Notes under the pieces: model-generated
The model's database searches: none
Told to the model about the DNA's origin: nothing
What the model saw: the letters and a program-made list of their open reading frames with translations, nothing else
Shown: positions 40,545 to 50,652 of the stretch, one piece after another
How positions within the stretch are numbered: position 1 is the stretch's first letter
Layout: the number at the start of each line of letters is the position of its first letter
Assembly: GCA_046861385.1 (NCBI GenBank)
Contig: JBHHTW010000013.1
Coordinates: forward strand, 1 to 57,968
Length of the DNA stretch: 57,968 nucleotides
Direction of reading: 5' to 3'
Source of the DNA: Fidelibacterota bacterium
Lineage (GTDB): Bacteria > Fidelibacterota > Marinisomatia > Marinisomatales > TCS55
Position numbers and translations under genes: made by a program

Positions 40545-41477
40545 ATGATTACAGATTACAATAGACTTTCCGGTCTGCAAAAAGCAGCCGTTCTTTTCTC
40601 CGTTTTAGGTGAGGGGTTAGCTCTCTCTCTTGTTAAAGATCTTTCAAAGACTGAAATTCGAAAAGTACGAGCAGCGATGCGCGATTTGGATAATGTCTCA
40701 TTTTTAATAAAAAAACGAGTTATGGAAGAATTTTACTTCAGTTTTGTCAGTGAAAAATTTTATGATGAAAATTCTGACGAACCCAAAAAACCGTTCTCAT
40801 TTTTAGACGATATTACAGATGAACAATTATTTGCGCTCATTAAACCAGAATCTGCATCAGTGGCCGCCATTGTTTTGGCACAGATTCCGGGAGAAAGACG
40901 AATGAAAATTGTGGAGCGGTTCGATGCTATGTCAAAAGGTGAAATCATTATGGAAATGGGAAATCTAAAGGATATTCCACTTGAAGCGGTCGTAAGCGTT
41001 GCAACCGACCTAATGAAAAAATCCAAATTATTACCCAAAACAGTTGCTTTCTCCCGGGGCGGAGGAAAAGATATTGCTGACATTCTTGGCGGATTATCAT
41101 CGGAGGAAGAAAAATTATTTCTTGAAAATATTTCTCGAGAAAACCCGGAATTAGCAGATGATATTAAAAAATATCATTTGACCTGGGAGATCATATTCGA
41201 AGTATTACCCGACAGCACGTTACGCGATTTAATGAATTCTGTCGAACTGGATTCCATTGCCATGGCGCTGAAAGGAATGCCGGAAGACGTTGTGAATCGG
41301 GTGATCGAAAATCTACCGCAAAAGAAACAGGCTATGTATGAACCGGTTGAAGGGGCTGTTTCCAAGCGGGAAGTTGATAATGCAAGAAAACAAATTGTAT
41401 CCTCCGCGAAAAAAATGGAAAAAGACGGAGCTTTCAATCTGTCGGACTTAGTCGGCGGTGGAGACATGGTAGAATAA
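40545..41477 (+). CDS. fliG: FliG-like rotor protein (divergent)
   Basis: 'LSGLQKAAVL...LG', 'PFSFL', Gly-Gly linker 'RGGGKDIADIL', 'PELA..IK', 'A.ALKG', 'V...EV..A...I'. Confidence 0.88.
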   Translation: MITDYNRLSGLQKAAVLFSVLGEGLALSLVKDLSKTEIRKVRAAMRDLDNVSFLIKKRVMEEFYFSFVSEKFYDENSDEPKKPFSFLDDITDEQLFALIKPESASVAAIVLAQIPGERRMKIVERFDAMSKGEIIMEMGNLKDIPLEAVVSVATDLMKKSKLLPKTVAFSRGGGKDIADILGGLSSEEEKLFLENISRENPELADDIKKYHLTWEIIFEVLPDSTLRDLMNSVELDSIAMALKGMPEDVVNRVIENLPQKKQAMYEPVEGAVSKREVDNARKQIVSSAKKMEKDGAFNLSDLVGGGDMVE

Positions 41478-41502
41478 GATCTTTGTAGGATAAATTTATT
41501 AC

Positions 41503-41539
41503 AAACAGCCTTCGCTAATTGAGAGGGCTGTTTTATTTT
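41503..41539 (+). terminator. Intrinsic terminator closing the motor-like operon
   Basis: Stem AAACAGCCTTC/GAGGGCTGTTT (one G-U) followed by a T-rich tail. Confidence 0.7.
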
Positions 41540-41651
41540 CAGCCCGATGTTAAACGACATAAAAATTCTAACATAAACTTATATAAAGAAAGAGATGTAA
41601 GAACTTTCTTGGGACAGCGAAGAAATAGATACCTAATGCAAGGCGGGTAAA

Positions 41652-42959
41652 TTGAATAATTTGATTGAAAAAATAGAAGAATATATTTTATCAGGATGTA
41701 CCCATAAAGAAAACAGGGCAATTGGTGTAGAAGTAGAATCTATTATCTATAACAAACGCGGTGAACGAATTCCGGTAGATTCCAAAGAAGAATTTTCAGC
41801 ATTAGATTTTATCGATAGGATTACATCTGAATGCGAGGATCATCATTCATTTGTAACCTGCTCTCTGGAGCCGGGCGGCCAGGTGGAATGGGCATCCAAA
41901 CCGGCCGTTACGATTCATGAATTAAACGATGAATTAAACACAATTAAAAATGCAGTTAAAATAGTGTGTTCGGAAAATGATTTAACGGTAGTAGATTTAA
42001 GCCTTGATCCTGTTTATGGGCCAAATGAGATTAAACTAATTAATCAGAAAAAATACCAGTTGATGCACAAACGATTTACGTCATCGGGAACACTCGGCCC
42101 ATGGATGATGCGTAATACGGCGAGTGTTCAAATAAATATTGATTTGCTTGATAAACAAGATGCAGAAGAATGTGGATTTATTGCCGATTGTATCAGCCCT
42201 TTTGCCGCCATGATGTTTTCCAATGCGCCATTCATGAAAAGCCAACCCGTCGGATATGAAAATATTCGGTATAAAATCTGGGCGGATACAGATTCTCCGC
42301 GTTGCGGTTATTTTATGGATCATGGAATGAATGATAGCGACGGTCTAATATCACAATTCGCTGAATATATTCTGGATGTTCCTGTTATTTTTACAACTCC
42401 GGATCAACAAAATGAAGTGGGATATTTTAACGGCACCATTGGTGAATGGCTGACGGCAATAGAAGAAAAAAAACAGATAAAGTATGACGATATTAAAACA
42501 GCGCTCCACCAAATATTTACCCATAATCGTTTCAAAAGCGTTTTGGAAATTCGTTCACCGGATAGACCACCACATGGATATGAATTAGCTCCGGCAGCTT
42601 ATTGGACAGGGTTGATGGAAAAAGGAAAAATCAGAGAATCATTATTAGAAACACTTTCAAGCTGGACGATAAAAGAACGGACGGCAATGAATCTAAAAGC
42701 CCTTTCGATTGATATAAAACAAGACGGTCCAAAACAAAAGTCTATTTTGCAATGGTTGGAATGGTTTGCGGAATTAGCGCTCGAAGGTCTTGAGAACAGG
42801 GCGAGCCGCCTGAATATTCCATCAGAAAAAAGGTATATTGAACCATTCACAAACGATATTTTTTCAAAGGGAATTTTCTCCCTTCAGGTTCAGGAAGATT
42901 TTGCTAAACAGAGTAAGTCCGTAAAAGACTTCATATTAAGGAAACGAGAGAATGATTAA
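41652..42959 (+). CDS. Glutamate--cysteine ligase (GCS2; GshA/EgtA-like)
   Basis: 'IGVEVE', 'SLEPGGQVE', 'MMRNTASVQIN.D', 'F.N.PF', 'R..IW..TD..R', 'LEIRS.D'. Confidence 0.88.
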   Translation: MNNLIEKIEEYILSGCTHKENRAIGVEVESIIYNKRGERIPVDSKEEFSALDFIDRITSECEDHHSFVTCSLEPGGQVEWASKPAVTIHELNDELNTIKNAVKIVCSENDLTVVDLSLDPVYGPNEIKLINQKKYQLMHKRFTSSGTLGPWMMRNTASVQINIDLLDKQDAEECGFIADCISPFAAMMFSNAPFMKSQPVGYENIRYKIWADTDSPRCGYFMDHGMNDSDGLISQFAEYILDVPVIFTTPDQQNEVGYFNGTIGEWLTAIEEKKQIKYDDIKTALHQIFTHNRFKSVLEIRSPDRPPHGYELAPAAYWTGLMEKGKIRESLLETLSSWTIKERTAMNLKALSIDIKQDGPKQKSILQWLEWFAELALEGLENRASRLNIPSEKRYIEPFTNDIFSKGIFSLQVQEDFAKQSKSVKDFILRKREND

Positions 42960-43362
42960 TATCGAACATTTTCACAGGCAAATGATTCATTTCCCTATGG
43001 CATTGTTAACTATGAGTATCGTATTCGATTTGGCTGGCATATATTTCAAAAAAGAACAGTTTTTTTCAACAAGCTGGTACATATTAATAACAGGAGTTTT
43101 AGGGTCGGTTGCGGCTATCTTGTCCGGGGTGATTGCAGACACGGTGTACGGACACATGTCAAATCCATTCCCAATATATAAGACACATGGAATGGTCCAA
43201 ATAATAGCCAGCGCCATATTTATCAGTTTATGGTTCTGGCGATATTTTCAAGGCTCACCAAAAAATAAACCACCCATGTGGTATTTAATCGTCGGTTTGA
43301 TTGCTGTCATTACATTATTGTATGGCGGTCATTTAGGCGGAACATTGGCCGGACATGGTTAA
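42952..43362 (+). CDS. DUF2231-like membrane protein
   Basis: 'H...IHFPMALL', four TM helices, 'GGHLGG.L'. Confidence 0.75.
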   Translation: MINIEHFHRQMIHFPMALLTMSIVFDLAGIYFKKEQFFSTSWYILITGVLGSVAAILSGVIADTVYGHMSNPFPIYKTHGMVQIIASAIFISLWFWRYFQGSPKNKPPMWYLIVGLIAVITLLYGGHLGGTLAGHG

Positions 43363-43480
43363 TACCCGACCTATATCATAGTTAATGGCTTGAGGAAATT
43401 TTAATTATTAAGTTATTCAGAATAAAGAGAGAAGTTTTTAATTTAATCCTTAATATTTATTATGATTCGCGACAATTAAC

Positions 43481-44149
43481 ATGACCCATTTCAAATCTGT
43501 ATTTAGTTCCTCAATTGGTAAAAAAATTCTTATGGCAGCGACGGGGTTATTATTATGCCTGTATTTGATTGTTCATATTATTGGAAACTTATTTCTTTTT
43601 GCAGGTCCCGACGCATTTAATCTTTATGTGAAAACACTATCAAGCGTTAAACCTGTAGTTAGAACCATCGAAGTCATTCTTGCGCTGATATTTCTTAACC
43701 ACATTTTTTTTGGGGCAAAGTTGACATTGGAAAACAGAAAAGCGATTACTCAAAAATATACAGTTAACTCAGCGAATGAAAATTCAAGTTTTTTTTCAAG
43801 AAATATGTTTTTAAGCGGAAGCATCCTCTTCATTTTTTTAATAACCCATCTATCCACTTTTTGGTATCTGTTTCAAGCACAGCATGATGAAGGAAATTTT
43901 TATAATATTGTTATGGGCAAGACTGTCGGATTCGGTAATCCGCTTATCGCAGCTTTGTACTCAGTGGCTATGATCTTGCTGGGATTCCATCTTCGTCATG
44001 GATTTCAATCTGCATTTCAAACCTTCGGTATCCGTTACAATAAATATAGCAGACTAATTGAAACAGCGGCGATGGTCTTTTGGCTAATTATACCTATGGG
44101 GTTTTTTGCAATTGCGGTGTGGTTTGGATTCTTGGGAGGAGGGCATTAA
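43481..44149 (+). CDS. sdhC: Succinate dehydrogenase/fumarate reductase cytochrome b subunit
   Basis: 'SSIGKK.LMA.TG', heme His residues, '[12 protein letters not shown]'; five TM. Confidence 0.92.
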   Translation: MTHFKSVFSSSIGKKILMAATGLLLCLYLIVHIIGNLFLFAGPDAFNLYVKTLSSVKPVVRTIEVILALIFLNHIFFGAKLTLENRKAITQKYTVNSANENSSFFSRNMFLSGSILFIFLITHLSTFWYLFQAQHDEGNFYNIVMGKTVGFGNPLIAALYSVAMILLGFHLRHGFQSAFQTFGIRYNKYSRLIETAAMVFWLIIPMGFFAIAVWFGFLGGGH

Positions 44150-44150
44150 T

Positions 44151-46061
44151 ATGCTGAATAGTAAAATTCCGGCCGGACCCCTGGCAGAAAAATGGACCAA
44201 GCAAAAATTTGATTTGAAGCTTGTAAATCCAGCCAATAAACGGAAATATAACATTATAGTTGTGGGAACCGGATTGGCCGGAGCTTCAGCTGCGGCTTCA
44301 TTAGCTGAGTTGGGTTATAATGTACAGGCGTTTTCTTACCACGAATCGCCCCGCAGAGCCCATAGTATCGCAGCCCAGGGAGGTATTAATGCAGCGAAGA
44401 ATTACCCCAACGACGGTGATAGTATTTTTCGGCTTTTCTATGATACAATAAAGGGAGGAGATTATCGCTCCAGAGAGGCCAATGTTTATCGTTTGGCTGA
44501 GGTTAGTAATAATATTATTGATCAATGCGTTGCCCAGGGAGTGCCCTTTGCCCGGGAATACGGCGGACTTTTGGATAATCGTTCGTTTGGGGGTGCACAG
44601 GTTTCCAGAACGTTTTATGCTAGAGGGCAAACAGGTCAGCAATTATTATTAGGTTGTTATTCCGCTTTGGTGCGTCAAATGCATACTGGAAAAGTAACGT
44701 TTCACCCAAGACATGAAATGTTGGATTTGGTAATGATAGATGGTGAAGCAAAAGGAATTATTACACGGAATCTTATCACCGGAGAAATTAAACCTCACGC
44801 CGCTCATGCGGTGGTTCTGGCAACAGGTGGATACGGCAATCTGTTTTTTCTGTCTACGAATGCCATGGCAAGCAACGCAACGGCTGCCTGGAGAGCCCAT
44901 AAAAAAGGAGCCTTTTTTGCAAACCCAAGTTTCGTACAAATCCATCCAACATGCATTCCAGTTGCCAGCGAACATCAATCTAAACTAACGTTAATGAGCG
45001 AAAGCTTGAGGAATGACGGCAGAGTTTGGGTGCCAAAAAAGAAAGGCGATAAACGTCATCCAACCGAAATCCCCGAAGAAGAAAGGGATTATTATCTGGA
45101 ACGCCTGTATCCATCTTTTGGCAATCTGGTACCGAGAGATGTGGCAAGCCGTAGAGCAAAGGAAATGTGTGATTTAGGGAACGGAGTTGGCGAGACGGGG
45201 CTGGCGGTGTACCTGGATTTTGCAGATGCTATACAACGAATGGGTAAAGAGGTTGTTAAAGAGAAATATGGGAATCTGTTTGATATGTATAAACAAATTA
45301 CCGGTGAAAATCCTTACAAAGTTCCCATGCGAATTTATCCAGCAATACATTATACCATGGGTGGAGTATGGGTGGACTATAACCTCATGAGTACAATCCC
45401 GGGTTTGTATATATTAGGTGAAGCAAATTTTTCTGATCATGGAGCCAACCGCCTGGGCGCCTCTGCCTTGATGCAGGGACTTGCTGATGGTTATTTTATA
45501 TTGCCTTATACGATTGGTGATTACTTAACCGGGAAACTTGGTGAACATATTTCCACCGACCACGAGGCCTTTACTGCAGCTGAAACAAAAGTAAAAAATA
45601 ATATTTCAACGCTTCTTTCTATTAACGGTAAAAGAACCGTGGATGATATTCATAAAGAGCTTGGCTTAATGTTATGGAACAATGTCGGTATGTCTCGAAA
45701 TGCTAAAGGTCTAGAAAAAGCAATTAATGAAATCCCAAAACTTAGAGAAGAATTTTGGAACAATGTTAAAGTTACCGGTACAGCAGATGAGCTAAATCCA
45801 GAACTTGAGAAAGCCGGTCGCGTTGCAGATTTTCTGGAACTGGGAGAACTCATGGCTCGTGATGCTTTAAATCGCGAGGAATCATGCGGTGGACATTTCC
45901 GGGAAGAACACCAAACTGAAGAAAACGAAGCAAAACGCAACGATGAAGAATTTACCTATGTGAGCGCCTGGGAGTATAAAGGCAAGGATAAACCGTCAAA
46001 ATTACACAAGGAAACCCTTGAGTTCGATAATGTTGAATTAACCACCAGGAGCTACAAGTAA
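44151..46061 (+). CDS. sdhA: Succinate dehydrogenase/fumarate reductase flavoprotein
   Basis: 'VVGTGLAG', '[14 protein letters not shown]', 'QIHPT', 'HYTMGG', 'HGANRLG', 'ESCGGHFR'; start at ATG 44151. Confidence 0.96.
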   Translation: MLNSKIPAGPLAEKWTKQKFDLKLVNPANKRKYNIIVVGTGLAGASAAASLAELGYNVQAFSYHESPRRAHSIAAQGGINAAKNYPNDGDSIFRLFYDTIKGGDYRSREANVYRLAEVSNNIIDQCVAQGVPFAREYGGLLDNRSFGGAQVSRTFYARGQTGQQLLLGCYSALVRQMHTGKVTFHPRHEMLDLVMIDGEAKGIITRNLITGEIKPHAAHAVVLATGGYGNLFFLSTNAMASNATAAWRAHKKGAFFANPSFVQIHPTCIPVASEHQSKLTLMSESLRNDGRVWVPKKKGDKRHPTEIPEEERDYYLERLYPSFGNLVPRDVASRRAKEMCDLGNGVGETGLAVYLDFADAIQRMGKEVVKEKYGNLFDMYKQITGENPYKVPMRIYPAIHYTMGGVWVDYNLMSTIPGLYILGEANFSDHGANRLGASALMQGLADGYFILPYTIGDYLTGKLGEHISTDHEAFTAAETKVKNNISTLLSINGKRTVDDIHKELGLMLWNNVGMSRNAKGLEKAINEIPKLREEFWNNVKVTGTADELNPELEKAGRVADFLELGELMARDALNREESCGGHFREEHQTEENEAKRNDEEFTYVSAWEYKGKDKPSKLHKETLEFDNVELTTRSYK

Positions 46062-46798
46062 TGAGGGTATCGTTAAAAGTTTGGCGGCAGCCAAAAGCGG
46101 CGTCTCGGGGATCCTTTGAAACCTATCCTGTGGAAAATGTATCGGAAGACATGTCATTTTTCGAAATGATGGATATGTTGAACGATCAACTGGTATTGGC
46201 CGGAAAAACGCCCATTGCTTTTGATCACGATTGTCGTGAGGGGATCTGTGGAACGTGTGGTTTATTTATCAACGGCAGAGCCCATGGCCCACTAACGGGT
46301 ATTACTACCTGCCAGCTGCACATGCGCAGTTTTAAAGATGGAGAAACAATCACGGTCGAACCTTGGCGCGCAAAAGCATTTCCGGTGATAAAAGATTTAA
46401 TTGTGAATAGAATTTCCCTGGACAGTATAATGGAAGCGGGCGGCTATATTTCCGTGAATACAGGTGGAGCCCCCGATGCAAATGAAATTCTTATACCAAA
46501 ATTACACGTAGATGAGGCCATGGATGCCGCCGCATGTATCGGTTGTGGTGCTTGTGTGGCTACGTGTAAAAATTCCTCTGCGATGTTATTTGTTTCTGCA
46601 AAAATCTCTCAATTGGCATTACTTCCCCAAGGACAAACTGAATGCAAAACCAGAGTCAATAATATGGTGGCTCAAATGGATGAAGCCGGGTTTGGTAATT
46701 GCACCAATACGGGAGCTTGTGAAGTGGAATGCCCAAAAGAAATATCGATTATACACATTGCGCGGTTAAACAGGGAATTTATTAAATCAAGTTTTTAA
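46061..46798 (+). CDS. sdhB: Succinate dehydrogenase/fumarate reductase iron-sulfur subunit
   Basis: 'CREGICGTC', '[11 protein letters not shown]', '[12 protein letters not shown]'. Confidence 0.96.
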   Translation: MRVSLKVWRQPKAASRGSFETYPVENVSEDMSFFEMMDMLNDQLVLAGKTPIAFDHDCREGICGTCGLFINGRAHGPLTGITTCQLHMRSFKDGETITVEPWRAKAFPVIKDLIVNRISLDSIMEAGGYISVNTGGAPDANEILIPKLHVDEAMDAAACIGCGACVATCKNSSAMLFVSAKISQLALLPQGQTECKTRVNNMVAQMDEAGFGNCTNTGACEVECPKEISIIHIARLNREFIKSSF

Positions 46799-46814
46799 GA
46801 TAAGTGAAATAGGT

Positions 46815-46850
46815 AATAAAAAAGCCCCGGAATATCGGGGCTTTTTTATT
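46815..46850. terminator. Bidirectional intrinsic terminator between sdhB and tonB
   Basis: Perfect 15-bp inverted repeat AATAAAAAAGCCCCG-gaatat-CGGGGCTTTTTTATT between convergent genes. Confidence 0.9.
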
Positions 46851-47463
46851 TAAGTCTAAAATTAACCGGGATTGAAATCCAAACCCCTACAGCACGTTCC
46901 CGCTGTTTCGCCGGTCTAAAACGTGTTCTTCGAATCGCTTCAATTGCGGCTTCGTCCAATCCGGTGTTTGGGATACCTTTTAAAATCGATGTTTCTTTTA
47001 CTCGTCCTTTTTTATCAACAAAAACCTGAACAATAACCGTTCCTTCGATGCCGGCTTCCTGGGCGATTTCCGGATATTTCGGGCGAATAGGCGATAACGG
47101 TTTTGGTGGGTCATCATAGGGAATGAATTTTACCTGCGGTCCTTCCGGCGGCGGCGGCGGCGCATCCCAAGCCTCAAAACTTTCTAAATCCGTTTCTTCA
47201 ATGGTTAGGTCATCCGCAAGGTCTTCAGACTCCGACTCAATCGGCACAGAAGGTCTTGCCGGAGGCGGGGGTAAATCAAATTGCTGTGTCTGAGGAATAT
47301 CAATCTGTTCGATGATAATTTGATTCGCATCTTCTAATACAACTGTTGTGAAACTTCGAGGAACAAACAGAAAACCAAATGTAATGATCAATATTCCAAC
47401 AAGCCCTGCAATCCTCACCGTTAAGGAATAGTTAAATTTCAGTTGGGGTGTATAATCGCTCAT
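46846..47463 (-). CDS. tonB: Energy transducer TonB
   Basis: N-terminal TM, Pro-rich linker, 'YPEIA..AGIEGTV.V...VD..G', 'F.PA'. Confidence 0.9.
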   Translation of the reverse strand: MSDYTPQLKFNYSLTVRIAGLVGILIITFGFLFVPRSFTTVVLEDANQIIIEQIDIPQTQQFDLPPPPARPSVPIESESEDLADDLTIEETDLESFEAWDAPPPPPEGPQVKFIPYDDPPKPLSPIRPKYPEIAQEAGIEGTVIVQVFVDKKGRVKETSILKGIPNTGLDEAAIEAIRRTRFRPAKQRERAVGVWISIPVNFRLK

Positions 47464-47466
47464 GAT

Positions 47467-47877
47467 TTAATTAACAGCTGTTTTCGTAGAATAGTTAAGC
47501 TTTAATGCATCAGCTTTCCGCAATTCATTGTGTATATTAGAAATAAGTCCCATTTTTGCAGATTTGTCTGCTTTTAGGGAGACGGTTAATAATGGGTCAG
47601 CTGAACGAATCTCATACATTACATGACGTACAGATTCTATATTATGCAATTTATCTTGAATGGATATCAAGCCTTTTTTATCCACAAAGACATGAGCAGT
47701 ATGACGTTTGGATTTTAATTTTTCAATACGTTTTGCCCGGGGTAATTCGACAGGCAAACCATCATATTCACGAAGAACGGTTGTGACCATAAAAAATATC
47801 AGCAGCATAAATATAATGTCCGGCATCGATGCCGTTGGGATGTCGCTTGAAATTTTCGTCTTACGTTGAACTTTCAT
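47467..47877 (-). CDS. exbD: ExbD/TolR family protein
   Basis: 'SMPDIIFMLLIFFMVTT', 'LKADK'. Confidence 0.9.
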   Translation of the reverse strand: MKVQRKTKISSDIPTASMPDIIFMLLIFFMVTTVLREYDGLPVELPRAKRIEKLKSKRHTAHVFVDKKGLISIQDKLHNIESVRHVMYEIRSADPLLTVSLKADKSAKMGLISNIHNELRKADALKLNYSTKTAVN

Positions 47878-48272
47878 TAGTCGGACTCAGCAATGGATAT
47901 TCGTTTTGCATTGGCCATTTTTAGCTGATCAATCACAGAAATATAGTCGCTATATTTTGTTTTTTCATGAGCCTTCACAGAAATAATCAGCTTATCATTT
48001 TCCGCAATTCTACGACGAATTTCCTTACTAATATCACTTATTCTTACAGGATCACGGCCCAAAAGAACATCGCCCTTTGAATTAATAAGACAATTTAGGA
48101 TATTGTCTTTCTTTATTTCTATCTCTTCACCCTCCGCGGGGAGTACGATACCCAACCCTTTATCCATATCTATCGTAGTTGTCACTAAGAAAAAAATGAG
48201 CAGAAGAAAGGCAATATCTGCCATGGAAGAAGTCGGGATTTCACCCCCTTTGAATCGACGCTTATTTTTCAT
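47877..48272 (-). CDS. exbD: ExbD/TolR family protein
   Basis: 'SMADIAFLLLIFFLVTT'. Confidence 0.9.
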   Translation of the reverse strand: MKNKRRFKGGEIPTSSMADIAFLLLIFFLVTTTIDMDKGLGIVLPAEGEEIEIKKDNILNCLINSKGDVLLGRDPVRISDISKEIRRRIAENDKLIISVKAHEKTKYSDYISVIDQLKMANAKRISIAESD

Positions 48273-48290
48273 TCGCTTTGATTCTCGAAA

Positions 48291-48908
48291 TTATTTATTT
48301 AATTGCATTTCATATAGTTTATCAACCAATTGGATTGAATGCTCCTCCATTTCCAAAACCAGTTTATCAATTCTGGAAACAAATAAGTTTTGAAAAATTT
48401 GGATAATCATTGCGACAATCAGACCAAAAGCAGTGGTTAACAATGCCTGTGAAATACCACCGGCAACAACAGCGGGTGAAATATCATCCGCAGCAGCAAT
48501 AGCATCAAAAGCAGAAATCATCCCGGCGACTGTACCTGTAAAACCAAGCATCGGAGCAATGGTAATAACAGCATTTAGCCAAATCATGTTTTTTTCAAGA
48601 AAAGACATTTCTAAGGAACCGGCGTTTTGAATTGCCTTTTCAACTTCTTCTAAACCTCTGTTAATTCGAGAAAGACCAGCATGAAAAATTTCAGCTACAG
48701 GACCGTTTGTTTTTTCACAAAGCTCCATGCAGGCTTTTTCACCCTCATTCTTCAATGTGTCATTAACATCATCGAAAAACTTTTGTGCATTAATTGATGA
48801 CATGATCAGTGAATAAAAACGCTCACCTGCAAAAGCAAGCCCAAAAATCAATGACAATAATATTGGCCACATAAAGGGACCACCATTTACGAAATATTCG
48901 ACTAGCAT
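48291..48908 (-). CDS. exbB: ExbB/TolQ proton channel protein
   Basis: 'GG.FMWPI', 'APMLGFTGTV.GMI', 'GISQALLTTAFGL'. Confidence 0.9.
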   Translation of the reverse strand: MLVEYFVNGGPFMWPILLSLIFGLAFAGERFYSLIMSSINAQKFFDDVNDTLKNEGEKACMELCEKTNGPVAEIFHAGLSRINRGLEEVEKAIQNAGSLEMSFLEKNMIWLNAVITIAPMLGFTGTVAGMISAFDAIAAADDISPAVVAGGISQALLTTAFGLIVAMIIQIFQNLFVSRIDKLVLEMEEHSIQLVDKLYEMQLNK

Positions 48909-48960
48909 TTAGTCCTCCGTTTGTTCATTTTGTAGTATTAACCTCGGAAAATCGAAGCGA

Positions 48961-48989
48961 AACTTATTAATTACCATCTGGAATGTCAA
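48961..48989 (-). promoter_or_regulatory. Candidate sigma70 promoter for exbB operon (TTGACA-17-TAAGTT)
   Basis: Minus-strand TTGACA at 48989-48984, TAAGTT at 48966-48961; GGAGG RBS before exbB. Confidence 0.5.
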
Positions 48990-49007
48990 TAAATCCAATA
49001 TATTAAT

Positions 49008-50612
49008 TTACTGAGAATAATTTATGAATCCAGCCGCTTCGTTAAAATAATCTAAAGCGTCCATTACTTGGTTATCATAAGTCAGACGGATACTGATTGC
49101 TTCATCTTTACCCCAATAAGCACCTGCAATTTCTGATTTTAGCATTTTTAAAATATATGCTTTATCTATTTCCAGTTCATCCTGATTGATTTCTACTCCT
49201 TCACTTAGAGTATATTCAATAAAATTATAGAAATCATTATCGTTAAGCTCCCAATTATGCTTAAAGTCTTCGAATAGACTAAATTCATCTTTGTGGGAAC
49301 TGGCATAATTAGAACCCCAGTTGAAAAAGGGTCGTTTTGGGCTCGATAATAATTTTTGAGTATTTTTTTGCAAATCAAGTTCCCAGCGAATATAAATATC
49401 GGGAGTGATTCCACCTCCGCCATATACTTCGCGCCCGCCCCTGGTTGCATATTTTGGTCTAAGCTTTTTCAATGAATCCAAAACAGATTCACGATCCTGG
49501 ACATATAATTCTTTATAGTAATCTCTTGCGTCTCCATTCTTAAATGGGCGTTGTATCAACCTTCCACTGGGCGTATAATAGCGGGCGATGGTCACGCGTA
49601 TTGCTGATCCGTCATTGAGAGGTAACTGTCTTTGCACAAGTCCTTTTCCAAAGCTGGTTTCACCCACAACCAGTCCGCGATCTAAGTCCTGAATCGCCCC
49701 GGCCACTATTTCACTTGCGCTCGCCGATCCGCGATTGATGAGTACAATTAAGGGATAATCTTCTCTGCCTTTTTTGGGATCGGAAATAAACACTTGTTCC
49801 ACACGAATACTTTTCCCCTTTGTAAACACTAATGTGTCGCTATGGGCAATAAACAAATTACTGATGGCCGCGGCTTGTTCTAAATATCCTCCACTGTTAT
49901 TTCGCAAATCAAAAATCAGCCGTTTCATGCCTTGTGCCTCTAATTGATTTAAGGCAGTTCGTACTTCTTCATCCGTCGTGGCTGAAAAACGTGTTAACCA
50001 AATATAACCGGTTTCATCATCGATCATCAACACCGCCCGGACACTGTAGATTGGTATATCATCCCGAATAATTGTAACATTGAATTCATCTCCGCCAATT
50101 CTTCGAATGGTTATTTCAACAGAAGACCCCTTTAGCCCCCTGAGCTTTTTAAAGACATCTTTTTTTGTTATTTCAAAAGAGTCTTCGCCATTAATGGCAA
50201 TAATCTGATCCCCTGGCAGAAGCCCCGCCCGCTCAGACGGACTATCTGCCACGGGTGAAATAACTGTTATGTAACCGTTTAAAATGTCAAATTCAATCCC
50301 AATCCCCTGAAACGAACCACGGAAAAGTTCACCAATCTCTTCTTGTTGTTCAGCCGGGATATAAACAGAATGGGGATCCAATTCATCAAATATACCTTCG
50401 AACGCCCCTTCCAAAAGTTTATCCATGTCCACATCTTCATAATATAGCTGATTGATATAATAAAGAATTTGATTGAGAATTTTAAACTTTTCTTCTAGAA
50501 TATTTGCGGGATTTTTTGAATATAGAAATTGGGATAATGGTATAGCAGCTAAAAAGACGACCATGATCACGGTCAGTACAACTGGGAAGCGTTTTATGAA
50601 TCGATTTTTCAT
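49008..50612 (-). CDS. S41 family carboxy-terminal processing protease (CtpA-like)
   Basis: 'LDPHS', PDZ 'GIGI', 'DLRNNSGG', 'SASASEI', 'SFGKGLVQ', 'ARYYTPSG'. Confidence 0.94.
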   Translation of the reverse strand: MKNRFIKRFPVVLTVIMVVFLAAIPLSQFLYSKNPANILEEKFKILNQILYYINQLYYEDVDMDKLLEGAFEGIFDELDPHSVYIPAEQQEEIGELFRGSFQGIGIEFDILNGYITVISPVADSPSERAGLLPGDQIIAINGEDSFEITKKDVFKKLRGLKGSSVEITIRRIGGDEFNVTIIRDDIPIYSVRAVLMIDDETGYIWLTRFSATTDEEVRTALNQLEAQGMKRLIFDLRNNSGGYLEQAAAISNLFIAHSDTLVFTKGKSIRVEQVFISDPKKGREDYPLIVLINRGSASASEIVAGAIQDLDRGLVVGETSFGKGLVQRQLPLNDGSAIRVTIARYYTPSGRLIQRPFKNGDARDYYKELYVQDRESVLDSLKKLRPKYATRGGREVYGGGGITPDIYIRWELDLQKNTQKLLSSPKRPFFNWGSNYASSHKDEFSLFEDFKHNWELNDNDFYNFIEYTLSEGVEINQDELEIDKAYILKMLKSEIAGAYWGKDEAISIRLTYDNQVMDALDYFNEAAGFINYSQ

Positions 50613-50652
50613 TTAATTGAGTTTTGATATAGAAAAAGAAATGAGAATGTAT

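Noticed and set aside
39948-40580. 210-aa and 154-aa antisense ORFs over the FliF-like gene
   Set aside because: Shadow frames of a low-complexity Pro/Lys-rich coding region.
37374-41477. Ordinary flagellar gene cluster
   Set aside because: No other flagellar genes in the window, FliF-like protein lacks RBM1/2 and FliG lacks EHPQ. It cannot be fully excluded without the rest of the genome.
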